Below, piece by piece: positions 53,313-64,000 of a stretch of 64,000 bases of DNA. Position 1 is the stretch's first letter. Every line of letters starts with the position of its first letter. The position numbers and the translations under genes are program-made. The stretch covers positions 176,700,001 to 176,764,000 of the forward strand of contig NC_042998.1 in NCBI RefSeq assembly GCF_006345805.1. Reading direction: 5' to 3'. The notes under the pieces are model-generated. The model was given only the letters and a program-made list of their open reading frames with translations. It was not told the origin of the DNA and did no database searches. Origin of the DNA: Octopus sinensis. Its lineage: Eukaryota.

Positions 53313-54711
53313 ACTGACAACCAAAGATGACCACTTATCCTGATCAAACAGCATTCCAATACAGATACCAATGGCTTATCTATTTCCTCTATTTCTAACA
53401 ACAAATGCGACAAGTATCAGGGAATTGATAACAATTATTTTCACAGTAGTTCTGTAAGGAAAGCTAAAAAGTAACAAAGGAATACTCCAGCAAACTTTGG
53501 AAATTATACAAGTTAGACCCCATCAACATTCTATAAAGCTATATAAATATCCCATAACCGTTTTACAGTGCTAGCACTAGAACCAGTATTTTGGAACACT
53601 ACACTAGACACTTGAAGAAAACTATAATTTGGATATCAAAACTAGGAAGATGATAATAATAACCAGTAGCAACTTCCACCTCAACATTGGCACTGACAAA
53701 ATCTACATATGATGGAATAATAAAGGCATAAAATTAGTCTAAATCAGAGGCCAGTGAACCAGGGTAAATTACCTCAAGTGAGGTAAAAATGAAATTCTTG
53801 GGGGTAATGAGGACTCATTAGACCTAAGTAAAATTTTATAAAAAGCATGTTCCTTGTTACAGCAGAAATTTTTCTTTTGGTATGAGGAGGCAGTCAAAAA
53901 GTTGCTGCCTTTTGCAACAATCTACCTTTGCAAACAAGGATTTTCCACTCTAATGAACATAAAAACAAAGCAGAATAGTTAATTGGACTCCGAAGACTGT
54001 ATCCAACTTGCTTGTGCATCAAAATGCCCCAATTTTGATGCAATTGTAACAAAAATGAAACAACATAATTTCTCCAAAACCTTAAGTGAAAAAATCTCTA
54101 GAAAAATCCTTTTGTTTCATAATGAGAGAATTAATTTATTTTATTGCATTAGTTTTATATTTCTTATATTTATTATGTATTCTCCATATAAATAGATTAA
54201 ATAAACCTTTTGAATTTAAAAAATCTATGATTTTCCTTCCTTTCAAATCAAGGGGCTAATGTCGGCATAAATAAATATATTTTGTGATAATTGGTTAAAA
54301 AAGTTCCCTGGAGTACCACATTGCAATATCCTGAATAAAACAAATGAGTACATCACATGTGTATTTCGCATTAAAAATAGTTGAAGAACTGAAAAGGTAG
54401 TCTAGTGTACAGCTGTTTCATGTGATCCAAGGAAAGCTGGATAAACTACTTCAAGGGTAACTTGGAGGAGAAAAATTCATTTTAGCAGAAGGTTATGTCC
54501 ATTATTATAAATCCAATAAGCTAGAGGATACCAATAATATTGAAGAGAAGGGTTGCTTCTATTGGTCCTGTGGTTGATAAATTACATCCTACCTACAAGA
54601 ATGATATACCTTGCCCTATTCAGATGTGAATGCTTCATCTCAAGTTGTAGAAGAAGAGGACACTTGTGGGTTTAGATGCTTATTCGTACCAATTACACAC
54701 ACACACTATAT

Positions 54712-54757
54712 ATAAGTCTGATGAAGGCTAAAAAGCTGAAACCCGAAGTCTCTCTCC
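54712..54757 (+). ncRNA. Minimal type I hammerhead-ribozyme-like motif, probably degenerate
   Basis: CUGAUGA(A)-GGCU-AAAA-AGCU-GAAAC-CCGAA-GUC; helix I pairing is poor. Confidence 0.4.
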
Positions 54758-54863
54758 TGCTTTCTGGTAAACGTTCACTAGACACGTATTCTACCAAAAA
54801 GTATTGAGTAATCCTTCAGTTTATTGTTAATTTGTTTATATATATAACTTGACATAAAAACAG

Positions 54864-54912
<49 letters not shown>

Positions 54913-57134
54913 TATCCATTTTAATTTTGCACACGTACACACACACACACATGATATGCATTGCATGTGCCAGTTAAATGATACTGGGTTCAAGAAATTC
55001 TAGGATTTTCCCCAAAAGAATGAAGCAAACTGACTTTTATTTCCTAAATACAATTGATTAACCATAACAGTGAAGGAGAGTTGGAAAGCATTTCAAAGAT
55101 CCTCCATTTGAATTCCCTGGAATGGACATATGCACAGAATCTCATGTATTCATATATCATACGGAAACAAAGTAATCACACACACTAGCACGTGCGTGTG
55201 TGTGTGTGTGTCTGTACTCTCTACATCAGTGCTAGTATATTCATTCAAACATCATGTATACAACTAACTCATATATTCACAAATCCCTGGAGCTGACTTG
55301 ACTCGATCAATAAGGCCTTATCACCTTGTAAAGTAAGTAACTGGCTTGAATGCGAATTCTGAGAAGAGCTCAAATAACTCTTAAAGAAACACATACACAC
55401 ACACACACACACACACACCACACAGACATGGGTTATAAGATATACAGCCTTATTGAATGCTTACAGCTCTAACTTCCACAGATATATATACACACACACA
55501 CATATATACATACATATATACACATGTACATATATATACACATACATAAATAATATATATATATATATGCATGCATACATAACATGAAATATATGCTAAG
55601 CCAGAAGCTTAAAAAGAGTAGAAGTCCAGATGGCATTGTTAAACAACCATTGATCCTAATAGCTTCTGTTAGTGAATAAGTAAGATAAAGACATCTGATT
55701 CCTTTCTGTGAGTTATTTGTCCATTGTAAGAACTGCAGACACCGATATGCTGAAAAGATTATAAATGGAGGAAGCGAAAAGGTCACCGTAACAAGTTGAC
55801 AACAGCCAAAATGATTGGTCGATATTTAAGGGTATTGATTTTAAATGTCACAGCTATTACTAAAGGCAACACCTGGATAAGTTAGATGGGAATCATAACG
55901 GACACAGGCCACTTGCTGCAATATTAGTATCCCGATACCACAACGGTTGAAATCTGAAGAACATTATTATTGTTAAATCAAATATTATCACATAAAACGC
56001 ATGAAGCTGACATTATAGAAATGCCGTCAGTAACATAGGTGTTGCATAAATGCAATATAGGTAACTAAGCCTCAACACCTGTTACAGGTAACATGAGGAA
56101 ACAAGACAAAATAAGAAAATGAACAATGGTTGTTGCTGAGGAGATGGTGGTAGTGGTGTGACTTAGCCTCAAGTTAGTTCTAAGTGGGTAGACTTATTGC
56201 CAAAGCCCTCTGAATGTGACTATCTTTTTTCCCCCACTTTTTTTTTTTCATAAGAGCATCTAGGAGTACATAATCTAATGTGTTCTTTGTTTAGAAAAAA
56301 AAAACAAAAAAAAACACAGCAATGTGATTTGAGGGAGATTGCTATATCTAGCAAGTTGAGTGACTGCAAAAAGGGTCCCTTGATCACTTGATGATGGCAG
56401 TAGTGTTGATTGATGATGATGATGATGACGACGACGACGATCATGAAGTATGATAATGTGGAGAGCAGCAAAGATAATGAATGGAGAACCCAATAAAACA
56501 AGAACCCCATGATGGTGATATGATACTGATGAAGAAGCAGGTGATAAACTATTTCAAACAGGAGATGAATTGGATTAGATTATTCAAATATCTCCATCCT
56601 TTCAACAGAAAATATTTCCTGCAGTGAACAACTGACCAATCAGCCGACAACACTATGCATAACAAAAGTCAACAAGGGAACAACTATGTGGTTGCTTGAC
56701 CTGCCAAAGATAGTAACCCTATCTACCTCAAATCACATCTTGTTAGCTCTAAAAAGAAAAAAATCGGGAAGTGGGGGTGTCAAACAATGGATAGCGAAGG
56801 CAGAGCCTATTCCTTATAGATCTTCTTAAAGAGAACTGACCTTGAGCTTCAAGACCAAGAACAATTACTATGTAGAGAAGGAACAAGATCTACCATTGAC
56901 TGCAATTTTACAATTTCTACAATAAAAAACTTGGCATTGAAAAAGATTTATTATTTGGGATTTTAAAAAGTGTAAACATCTATTATTAATAAATTCTGAT
57001 GCTTCTTTCTCTAGTTTATTTTCTTGTGGTAAGAAAATGACAAAATAGAAAGCTTCGATGAGCAATAAGGATACTTTTTACATCAGGGTAACATTAATGT
57101 ATGCCAGTAATTATATCTGGTGAATATAGCAGAA

Positions 57135-57490
57135 TTAGTGATTACACACACACACAGAGGCATGGTTGTGTGGTTAAGAGGCTTGCTTCCCACTCACAGT
57201 TTCAGGTTAGTCCCAGTGCATGACACTTTGAACAAGTATCTTCTAGTATAGAATTGGGCAGAACAAAACGTTGTGAGTGAATTTGGCACACAGAAACTAT
57301 GTCTGTGAATGTATATGATTGTGTTACTTTGTATTTACACTGTGTGATAGTTGAAAATGTCACTGCTATTCAAGCAATGTCATTCATGTCTGTGAAATAT
57401 TGGGAAATATTAACTTGCTTGGAAACAAATGGGAGTTAGTAACTCTGCCCAACCCATGATGTTGAAATGATGATGATGATGATGATGATT
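57135..57490 (+). mobile_element. Old composite repeat: family A-like head with family C-like (GAT)n tail
   Basis: GCATGGTTGTGTGGTTAAG...GACACTTTGAACAAGTATCTTC... ending CCCAACCCATG..GATGATG. Confidence 0.55.
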
Positions 57491-57494
57491 ACAG

Positions 57495-57830
57495 ACACAC
57501 AGACTTCTTTCAGTTCCTACCAACTAAATCCAATCACAAGGCTTTGGCCAGCCTGAGACACTTGCCCTTCGAGTCATGCTGACTCATAAGGGCTGGTTTC
57601 CCAGTTTCCCCACCTGGACAGGTCACCAGTCTGTCACAAGATTACTCATTTTTGCCAGCTGAGTGGACTGGAGCAAAGTGAAATGAAGTGTTTTGCTCAA
57701 GAACACAATGCATTTCCTCGGTCCAGGAATCAAAACCACAATCTTACAATCAGGAGCCCAACACCTTAACCATTAAGCCATGTGCCTCCACAAGGTTCCA
57801 TGCCATGGGACTGAACCTGAGACCATTTGA
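57495..57830 (-). mobile_element. SINE family A fragment interrupted at 57568-57791 by a CORE-type SINE
   Basis: GACACTTGCCC|insert|AAGG...GGGACTGAACC rejoins the family A consensus; the insert contains CTCATTTTTGCCAGCTGAGTGGACTGGAGC...TTGCTCAAGAACACA. Confidence 0.75.
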
Positions 57831-57831
57831 T

Positions 57832-58103
57832 AGAAGCTTGTTTTAGAAGGCGGCGAGCTGGCAGAAACGTTAGCACACTGGGCAAAATGCTTAGCGATAT
57901 TTCATCTGCTGTTACGTTCTGAGTTCAAATTCCGCCGAGGTCGACTTTGCCTTTCATCTTTTTGGGGTTGATAAATTAAGTACCAGTTGCACACTGGGGT
58001 CGATGTAATCAACTTAATCCCTTTGTCTGTCCTTGTTTGTCCCCTTTATGTTTAGCTCCTTGTGGGCAAAAAAAAAAAAAAAAAAAAAGAAGCTTGTTTT
58101 AGA
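57832..58103 (+). mobile_element. Full-length SINE family B with poly(A) tail and 15-16-bp TSD
   Basis: AGAAGCTTGTTTTAG at 57832-57846 and 58088-58102. Confidence 0.93.
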
Positions 58104-59299
58104 GTAACCTAAATTATAATCTTCCACCAGAATTTCATAATTTACTAAATTCTTCATTATTTTTAAAATTAATAAAAACAAAAAGCAGTGTATTTCAACA
58201 AAAACATATTGGCCTCAAATTTTGGCACAGGACCAACAATTTCAAGGAGGGGATAAGCCATTTACATTGACCCCCCCATTACTCAACTGGTACTTAATTT
58301 ATCAACCTCGGAAGGATGAACATTAACAAAAGAATTAAGCTATAATAGCATAAGGCGATATTTACATTTATAAATTTATCTGAAGGTCAGATCACCAACC
58401 TCAATTTTAATAATATAAATATGATAGAATAAAATACGCACTTTAAATATATATATATATATATATATATATGGATAATGTAAATGGTATGAACATGTAA
58501 AAAGAACAAACAATATACGTTGGGAGAACAGCCAATACCATGTTGAGTGAGAGTGTTGGTAGGCTGGATGGATGGAGAATTGCATATTGGATGGGAAGTG
58601 TTGCTATAAGTACAAGAGAGATGGCAGCCAAGGAAGACATACAGAAAATAACCTGAATATGGAAGTTGTTCTCTGCAGGCCCTTGGAATCTGTCAAATTG
58701 CCAAATTGCTGGAAATGCAGACGACAATGATGAAAAGAAATAGAATTAATCTCTTTAAATCTACAAGGTGGTTCATGCTATTCGCATGCCTGTTTATTTG
58801 TAAACAGGGGAATTCTTTATAATGGGCATTGTTGTGTGTACACTTGAGTTGAAGCCAAAAGTATAGCCAAAAGTAAACCCATCAAACCCCCACTAGTATA
58901 AAGAAGAAAAAAAAAAGGACAGTGGGTGAAGTGAAATTACACTGTAAAAAATTTTTATTTCTGTGGCTCTTAAACTCGATTGTTTTGTCTTAACAACCTT
59001 AATGTAATAGTAACTAAACTGATACAAAATCAGCGTCTTCAAATAGCCAACATGAAGAGACATTTCTTTACTGATAGATTTGCTTTAATTAATAAAATAT
59101 TGGTCTAATTAAAGAGCTGTTTAGTCTAATTAATAGTCATCTAATTGACAAAATATCAATTAAATTTTGTACTGCTTTAAGCTGCAAAACACTGGTTTAA
59201 CTATGATGAAAAATGATAAATATGTAACCGTAACAGATAAAATTCTGGTTTCAGAAAAAGTACTAATCTAAAAACATTGGTTTATCTGGGTAATAACAA

Positions 59300-59660
59300 T
59301 GATCACAATGGTCAAACCAGTGATGGTGGTGCATTAAGATTACTGGGTGGTTAATTCTAAGTATCATGGTACAATAATCGCAATGGTGATGATGGTGGAA
59401 GCGATGATGAGGATGATAATGGTGGTGGTTATAAAGATAAGGTAAATGACTGTGGTTTCTGGTTTTGGCAAATGTTCTAAGGTAGAAAAAAAAGATAAAA
59501 AATGATGACAGACTTAACAATGTGTCTACTACAGAGATGATGATGATGATGGTAGTGATGGATATTGTAAATGTGTTTTAATGAAGATGATAATAGTGAT
59601 GATGGTGGTACATATTGTAAAAGTGTTTTGACGATGATGATAGCAGCGACAATGATGATG
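59300..59660. repeat. Degenerate (GAT/GGT)n low-complexity tract
   Basis: Directly visible. Confidence 0.8.
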
Positions 59661-60328
59661 ATGAGAATAATGTCAAAGACATCAACCAACAACTATATTA
59701 AACAGAAAAATAAAAAAGGATAAAGAAAATGGTGGGTGGGAGGGGGATGCAATCTTGAGTGTCTGCAAAAGAAGCCTAGCTGAAGATGGCAGCAGTGTTT
59801 TACAACAATATACTGTTCTACATGGCATCTGGGCAGACAGACTCTCTAACAAAGGAATTCTTCCAGAAAGTACTTCAACCATCAAATATCAACTGCATAG
59901 AATCAAAAGTTATACTGCAGCAGAAGTAATAAAGCCAAGTGAGGTTGGGTGAAGGTGGCAGCGGTGGGCATTGGTGATGATAATGGTGGTGATGGTGATG
60001 GTGTCGGTGATTATGATGGTTGGTAGCATGCAGCAGATAGAGCTGCAGCAGTAACAACACAGCTCAAGAGCAGCTGCAAAAGCTAGGTGCAGTAGTAAAG
60101 TTGCAGCAGACAGTGCAATGACAGCAGCAGAAGAAGTAGTTTATACCTAGGTCAACTCTTGTTTCAAAAGACTTATAACTAAAGGCATTCCAGCCATGAC
60201 CATCCATCCATCCAATCCTAAGAGTATGTTACACTACATGTGTTATTTGTTTCTGGGGTTTTTTTTGCTAAGATAGTGAGGGAGATTTGGCTGTTATTTC
60301 TAAAGCAATACAGAGACACCAACATTTC

Positions 60329-60362
60329 CTACTACTACTACTACTATTACTACTACTAATAC

Positions 60363-60414
<52 letters not shown>
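60329..60414. repeat. (CTA)n abutting (TAG)n: self-complementary microsatellite
   Basis: Centred on ACTAGT at 60361-60366. Confidence 0.9.
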
Positions 60415-60415
<1 letters not shown>

Positions 60416-60819
60416 TCATAAACTTCAACAACAACAAAAGTTTCATTAGTGGTTTATAACAATGACAGTTGATAAAATGTTTTTTTTTTTTCTTCCCCCC
60501 TTTTTTTAGCTCAAGTCAGAGAGTCTCTGATTGAGAAGACCTGATCGTAGACGTTCCAGCTGTGACCAGCCTATCGGTATAAGATTGTTTTGCAAAACAT
60601 CTTCATTTTTCCAAGGCAATACAGTTACACAATCTGAGAGTATTTAGTCACTATTTCTAACAGACTGAGATAGAACGACCACAAAGGTACATACACACAT
60701 ATGTATAACCATGCTTAACAGTAACTACTATAATACTAGTAATAATATTACCAATTGCTAGTATAGTTTATATACTATTACTACAATAAATGTAGTAGTA
60801 CATTATAATGCAGTAGTAG

Positions 60820-61366
60820 TTGTAGTAGTAGAAGTGGCAGCAGCACTATTGTAACACAGTAGTAGTAGTAGTGGTGGTGGTGGTGATGGTGAAATAAATG
60901 GCGATGAAGCTGGTAGTAGTAGTAGTAGCAGTAGTAGTAGTGGTGGTAGTAATAGTAGTAGCAGTAGTAGTAGTGGTGGTAGTGGTAGTAGTAGTGGTGG
61001 TAGTGGTGGTAGTAGTAGTAGTTATATAGCTTTGTTATTGCTTAAACTCCAAAACCAGCTTTGAATTGAAGACGCTTCAAAAGTGACCATCCCATTTACA
61101 TTCTCACAACGTTACATATATATATATATCTTACTAGGAGGACTAACAACATTATCCAACGTTTTGTAACATAGATTTTTTTTTATTATTATTCTTTTCG
61201 GTTCCTTTTAAATGGGAGGGGAGGGATTTGGTAGCTATTTCTAGCTAGACTTGCTAAGAGACTCCCCGCTGTGCCTCTAAAAAAACTCGCAGCAATGTAT
61301 TTACTGATAGTAACATTGAAAATAAGCATACCGACATCGTTGCGAGTGGCGGCGGTGGTGGTGGTG

Positions 61367-61399
<33 letters not shown>

Positions 61400-61535
61400 A
61401 CTAGCAACAACAGCAGCAGCACCAGGAGCTGCAATCATGTCAACAAACATATTAAAGCTTGTTCAACTAAATATACTTACTGAAAGGAAAAACATACACA
61501 CACACACACACAGCAACATCATAACCAATACCACC

Positions 61536-61570
<35 letters not shown>

Positions 61571-61670
61571 ATCTTCAGTTATTACTACTACTACTGCTGC
61601 TGCTATCCGCAGCCACCATTATCATCATCATTATCATCATCATCATCATTATCATCAGCAACGACAACTG
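60820..61670. repeat. Cluster of (GTA/GGT)n, (CCA/CTA)n and (CAT)n trinucleotide tracts
   Basis: Directly visible; source of the poly-T/V/H ORFs. Confidence 0.9.
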
Positions 61671-61708
61671 CAGAAACACACAATGTGCACGAAGGGGAGA
61701 GAGAGAGA

Positions 61709-61729
61709 GGGAGGGAGGGTGGGAGGGGG
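61709..61729 (+). promoter_or_regulatory. Canonical G-quadruplex motif within a GA-rich tract
   Basis: GGGAGGGAGGGTGGGAGGGGG: five G-runs with 1-nt loops. Confidence 0.6.
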
Positions 61730-62345
61730 AGGAAGAGAGAGAGAGAGATGGGGGGGTGAAGGATGCTGAGCTGCGTCTGAATGGAAGTAATATAATGCTG
61801 AGTCATCTGAGAGAAAGGGATGAGGCATATGGGGGAGAGAGAGAGAGCTAGAGAGAGAAAGAGAGAACGAGGTGGTGGTCGTGTGTGTAAGCTGATGGTG
61901 ATGTTTTAGCAATGCCAAGTTTGTGAATTTCATCATAGTAATGCTACCATTCGAGTGGTGCTAGACCGGCAGAAGCGGTGGGGGTGGGGGCCGTTTGGAA
62001 GCGATACATACATACATATTATATATCTATCTATATATATATATACACACACACACATCATATATATACACATACACACATCATATATACTCACACACAC
62101 ACACACACGTAAGAAACATGTAAATAAGAAAACATGACGATGATGATGATGATGATGATGATGATGGTAGTGGAAATACTTTCAAAATTATATAGCAAGC
62201 TAAATGTTTAAAGCTTAATACCAGAGTAATTTTGCAAGTTTTCAAAAATAACAAGACTCTTTTAATCTGAAAAGTTTAGATAATTACAACTTTTTTTTTT
62301 CTAGATTCTTCATAGAGTTCAAGTATTGTTTTACATAGGCAATCT

Positions 62346-62419
62346 ATATATTTGTTTTCAATGACCACTTATGTTAATGCTAATGCATTAACATAATTAA
62401 TCATTGAAAACAAATATAT
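62346..62419. other. 74-nt hairpin: 19-bp stem, 4x4 internal loop, 12-bp stem, 4-nt loop
   Basis: ATATATTTGTTTTCAATGA / TCATTGAAAACAAATATAT and TTATGTTAATGC / GCATTAACATAA are exact reverse complements. Confidence 0.9.
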
Positions 62420-64000
62420 TCATTAACATAATTTATCCAATCACTTAACATAATTAATTCATATTGGATTTAATGGTTGAAACAAAAACACCGGGAAACA
62501 ATGTTTAGAAAAGAAACAGAATGCAAGTTTCTGGGTGGACTTCATGCCTTTCTTATTTGCATTTTAGCGACGTAAGATGAAAATGGATACAGCAGAGAAA
62601 GAAATTCAAACCAGGTCAACATGACTAGGTTCTTCCGCATAATTAATTATAATACAAATATTTTTACTGACTTAAAAAGTGCAGCTAACATTTCATGTAA
62701 CTCTTAGCAACATGTTCTAAAACTTTCGAAGAAACTTTGTAAACTAATATGAACAAGATATGAAAATAAATTTATTTTAAATTCAGATGAAAAAAAGGAA
62801 AAGAAAATTTTTTTTAAATGACATGATGTACAAATTATACGCATATATTATAAATATATTTAAACACACATACATAAAATGAATTAATTATATACGCATA
62901 TATATATATATATATATATACATTTAAATATATATACACACACACACACACACATTATGTAGGTATTTATATAATAATAACATAGCATTTTAATTAACGG
63001 AAAGGAGGATGAGCAAAGAGATAAACAAATAATGAACGTCAATAAATGGTTGGAGATATAGAGAAACATTTATTATATATATTTTCTAGTCTTTGTCTCA
63101 GGCAAACGTTTCAAGAACTGTTTCGATTGTTCAAAAGATTGGTCCAAGAACAAAGAACGGAAGCCGTCGCCAAAGATAAGAGATTAAACACATATACATA
63201 TGTATATGTATGTATGTATGTATGTGTGGTGTGTAACATACATACACACATGCTTGTATGTCATTAAAGAAGGTGGGAGAACATATATATACATATATAT
63301 GTACAACATTGCTACGAAATAAGCAGAGAAACAAATACGATAACAATAATATAGAAAAAGAAAGAATAAGATGATAATAATAATAAGTTAATAAGAAAGA
63401 TTGGAGAACAAAGCTTAGGCCATTAGAAGAAAAGCACCACAGTAGATTAAATAACAACTTTTGGGTTGTATTCTTTGCTTTTTATTGTTTTTAAGAGTTT
63501 GTGTATGTGTGAATGTGACAGTCGGTGGAGATATATTATTATTATTATTATGTCTGAAGACAAGACAAGCAGACAAAGAGAAAAATCGTGTTATGTGTAA
63601 CATGGCACAAGAAGAAGAAGAAAAAAAAAAGCTATAATTGGTGCAACAACAGTTTATTTATCAGACATTAATTTAGAAGTCAAAGAAAGCTTGCTCCTTC
63701 TCTATCTATCTCTATCTCTCTCATCCGTCTCTGCTGCCTTTTAGTTCATATAATAAATAATATTTCTCTCTCTCTCTCCACCCTCCCCGCTGATTTTGGA
63801 AGAATATCTTCATTGCTTGGAATCACTTGCAGAAACTCATGTCTAGGTACATGAGTACGCATACATGACAATGAACTGTATGCAGAGATTGAAAAGCAAC
63901 TTTAATTTATTTTTGTTTCACATCTTTTGGTCTTTGTTTATAACATTATTTTCTCGCATCACCGATGCCAGTTTATCGAATGTTTTTAGCTCAGTTTGTT

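Noticed and set aside
59755-59952. 65-aa plus-strand ORF between trinucleotide tracts
   Set aside because: No homology recognised and no exon context.
62555-62578. Plus-strand ttttag|CGAC|gtaaga micro-exon pattern
   Set aside because: No plus-strand gene in the window to host it.

Overview
Eukaryotic, AT-rich, repeat-dense genomic DNA. The SINE, RTE and microsatellite content looks like an octopus (coleoid cephalopod) genome; this is an inference from repeat recognition, not a search result. One protein-coding gene is supported: a minus-strand TRIM-NHL gene whose B-boxes and NHL propeller closely match Drosophila Brat. It has two coding exons (12827-12088 and 6363-4830, joined by a phase-2 GT-AG intron; 757 aa) and, unlike fly Brat, an N-terminal C3HC4 RING. 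The first coding exon starts at a splice acceptor (12854), so an unlocated 5' exon lies further right, possibly near the CpG/GA-rich right end. The rest is probable 3' UTR (left) and probable intron (right), filled with three tRNA-derived SINE families, RTE/CR1/L2 LINE remnants, hAT, piggyBac-type and mariner DNA-transposon remnants, and microsatellites. Nearly all other ORFs in the track are microsatellite or TE artefacts. No tRNA, rRNA or CRISPR array was found. The best leads are: the RING-bearing Brat; a candidate 230-nt alternative intron across the stop codon; an 80-bp near-perfect foldback hairpin in the intron; a minimal hammerhead-ribozyme-like motif; a 74-nt pre-miRNA-like hairpin; and a near-perfect miR-1 complement. 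None is demonstrated to be a new system from sequence alone.
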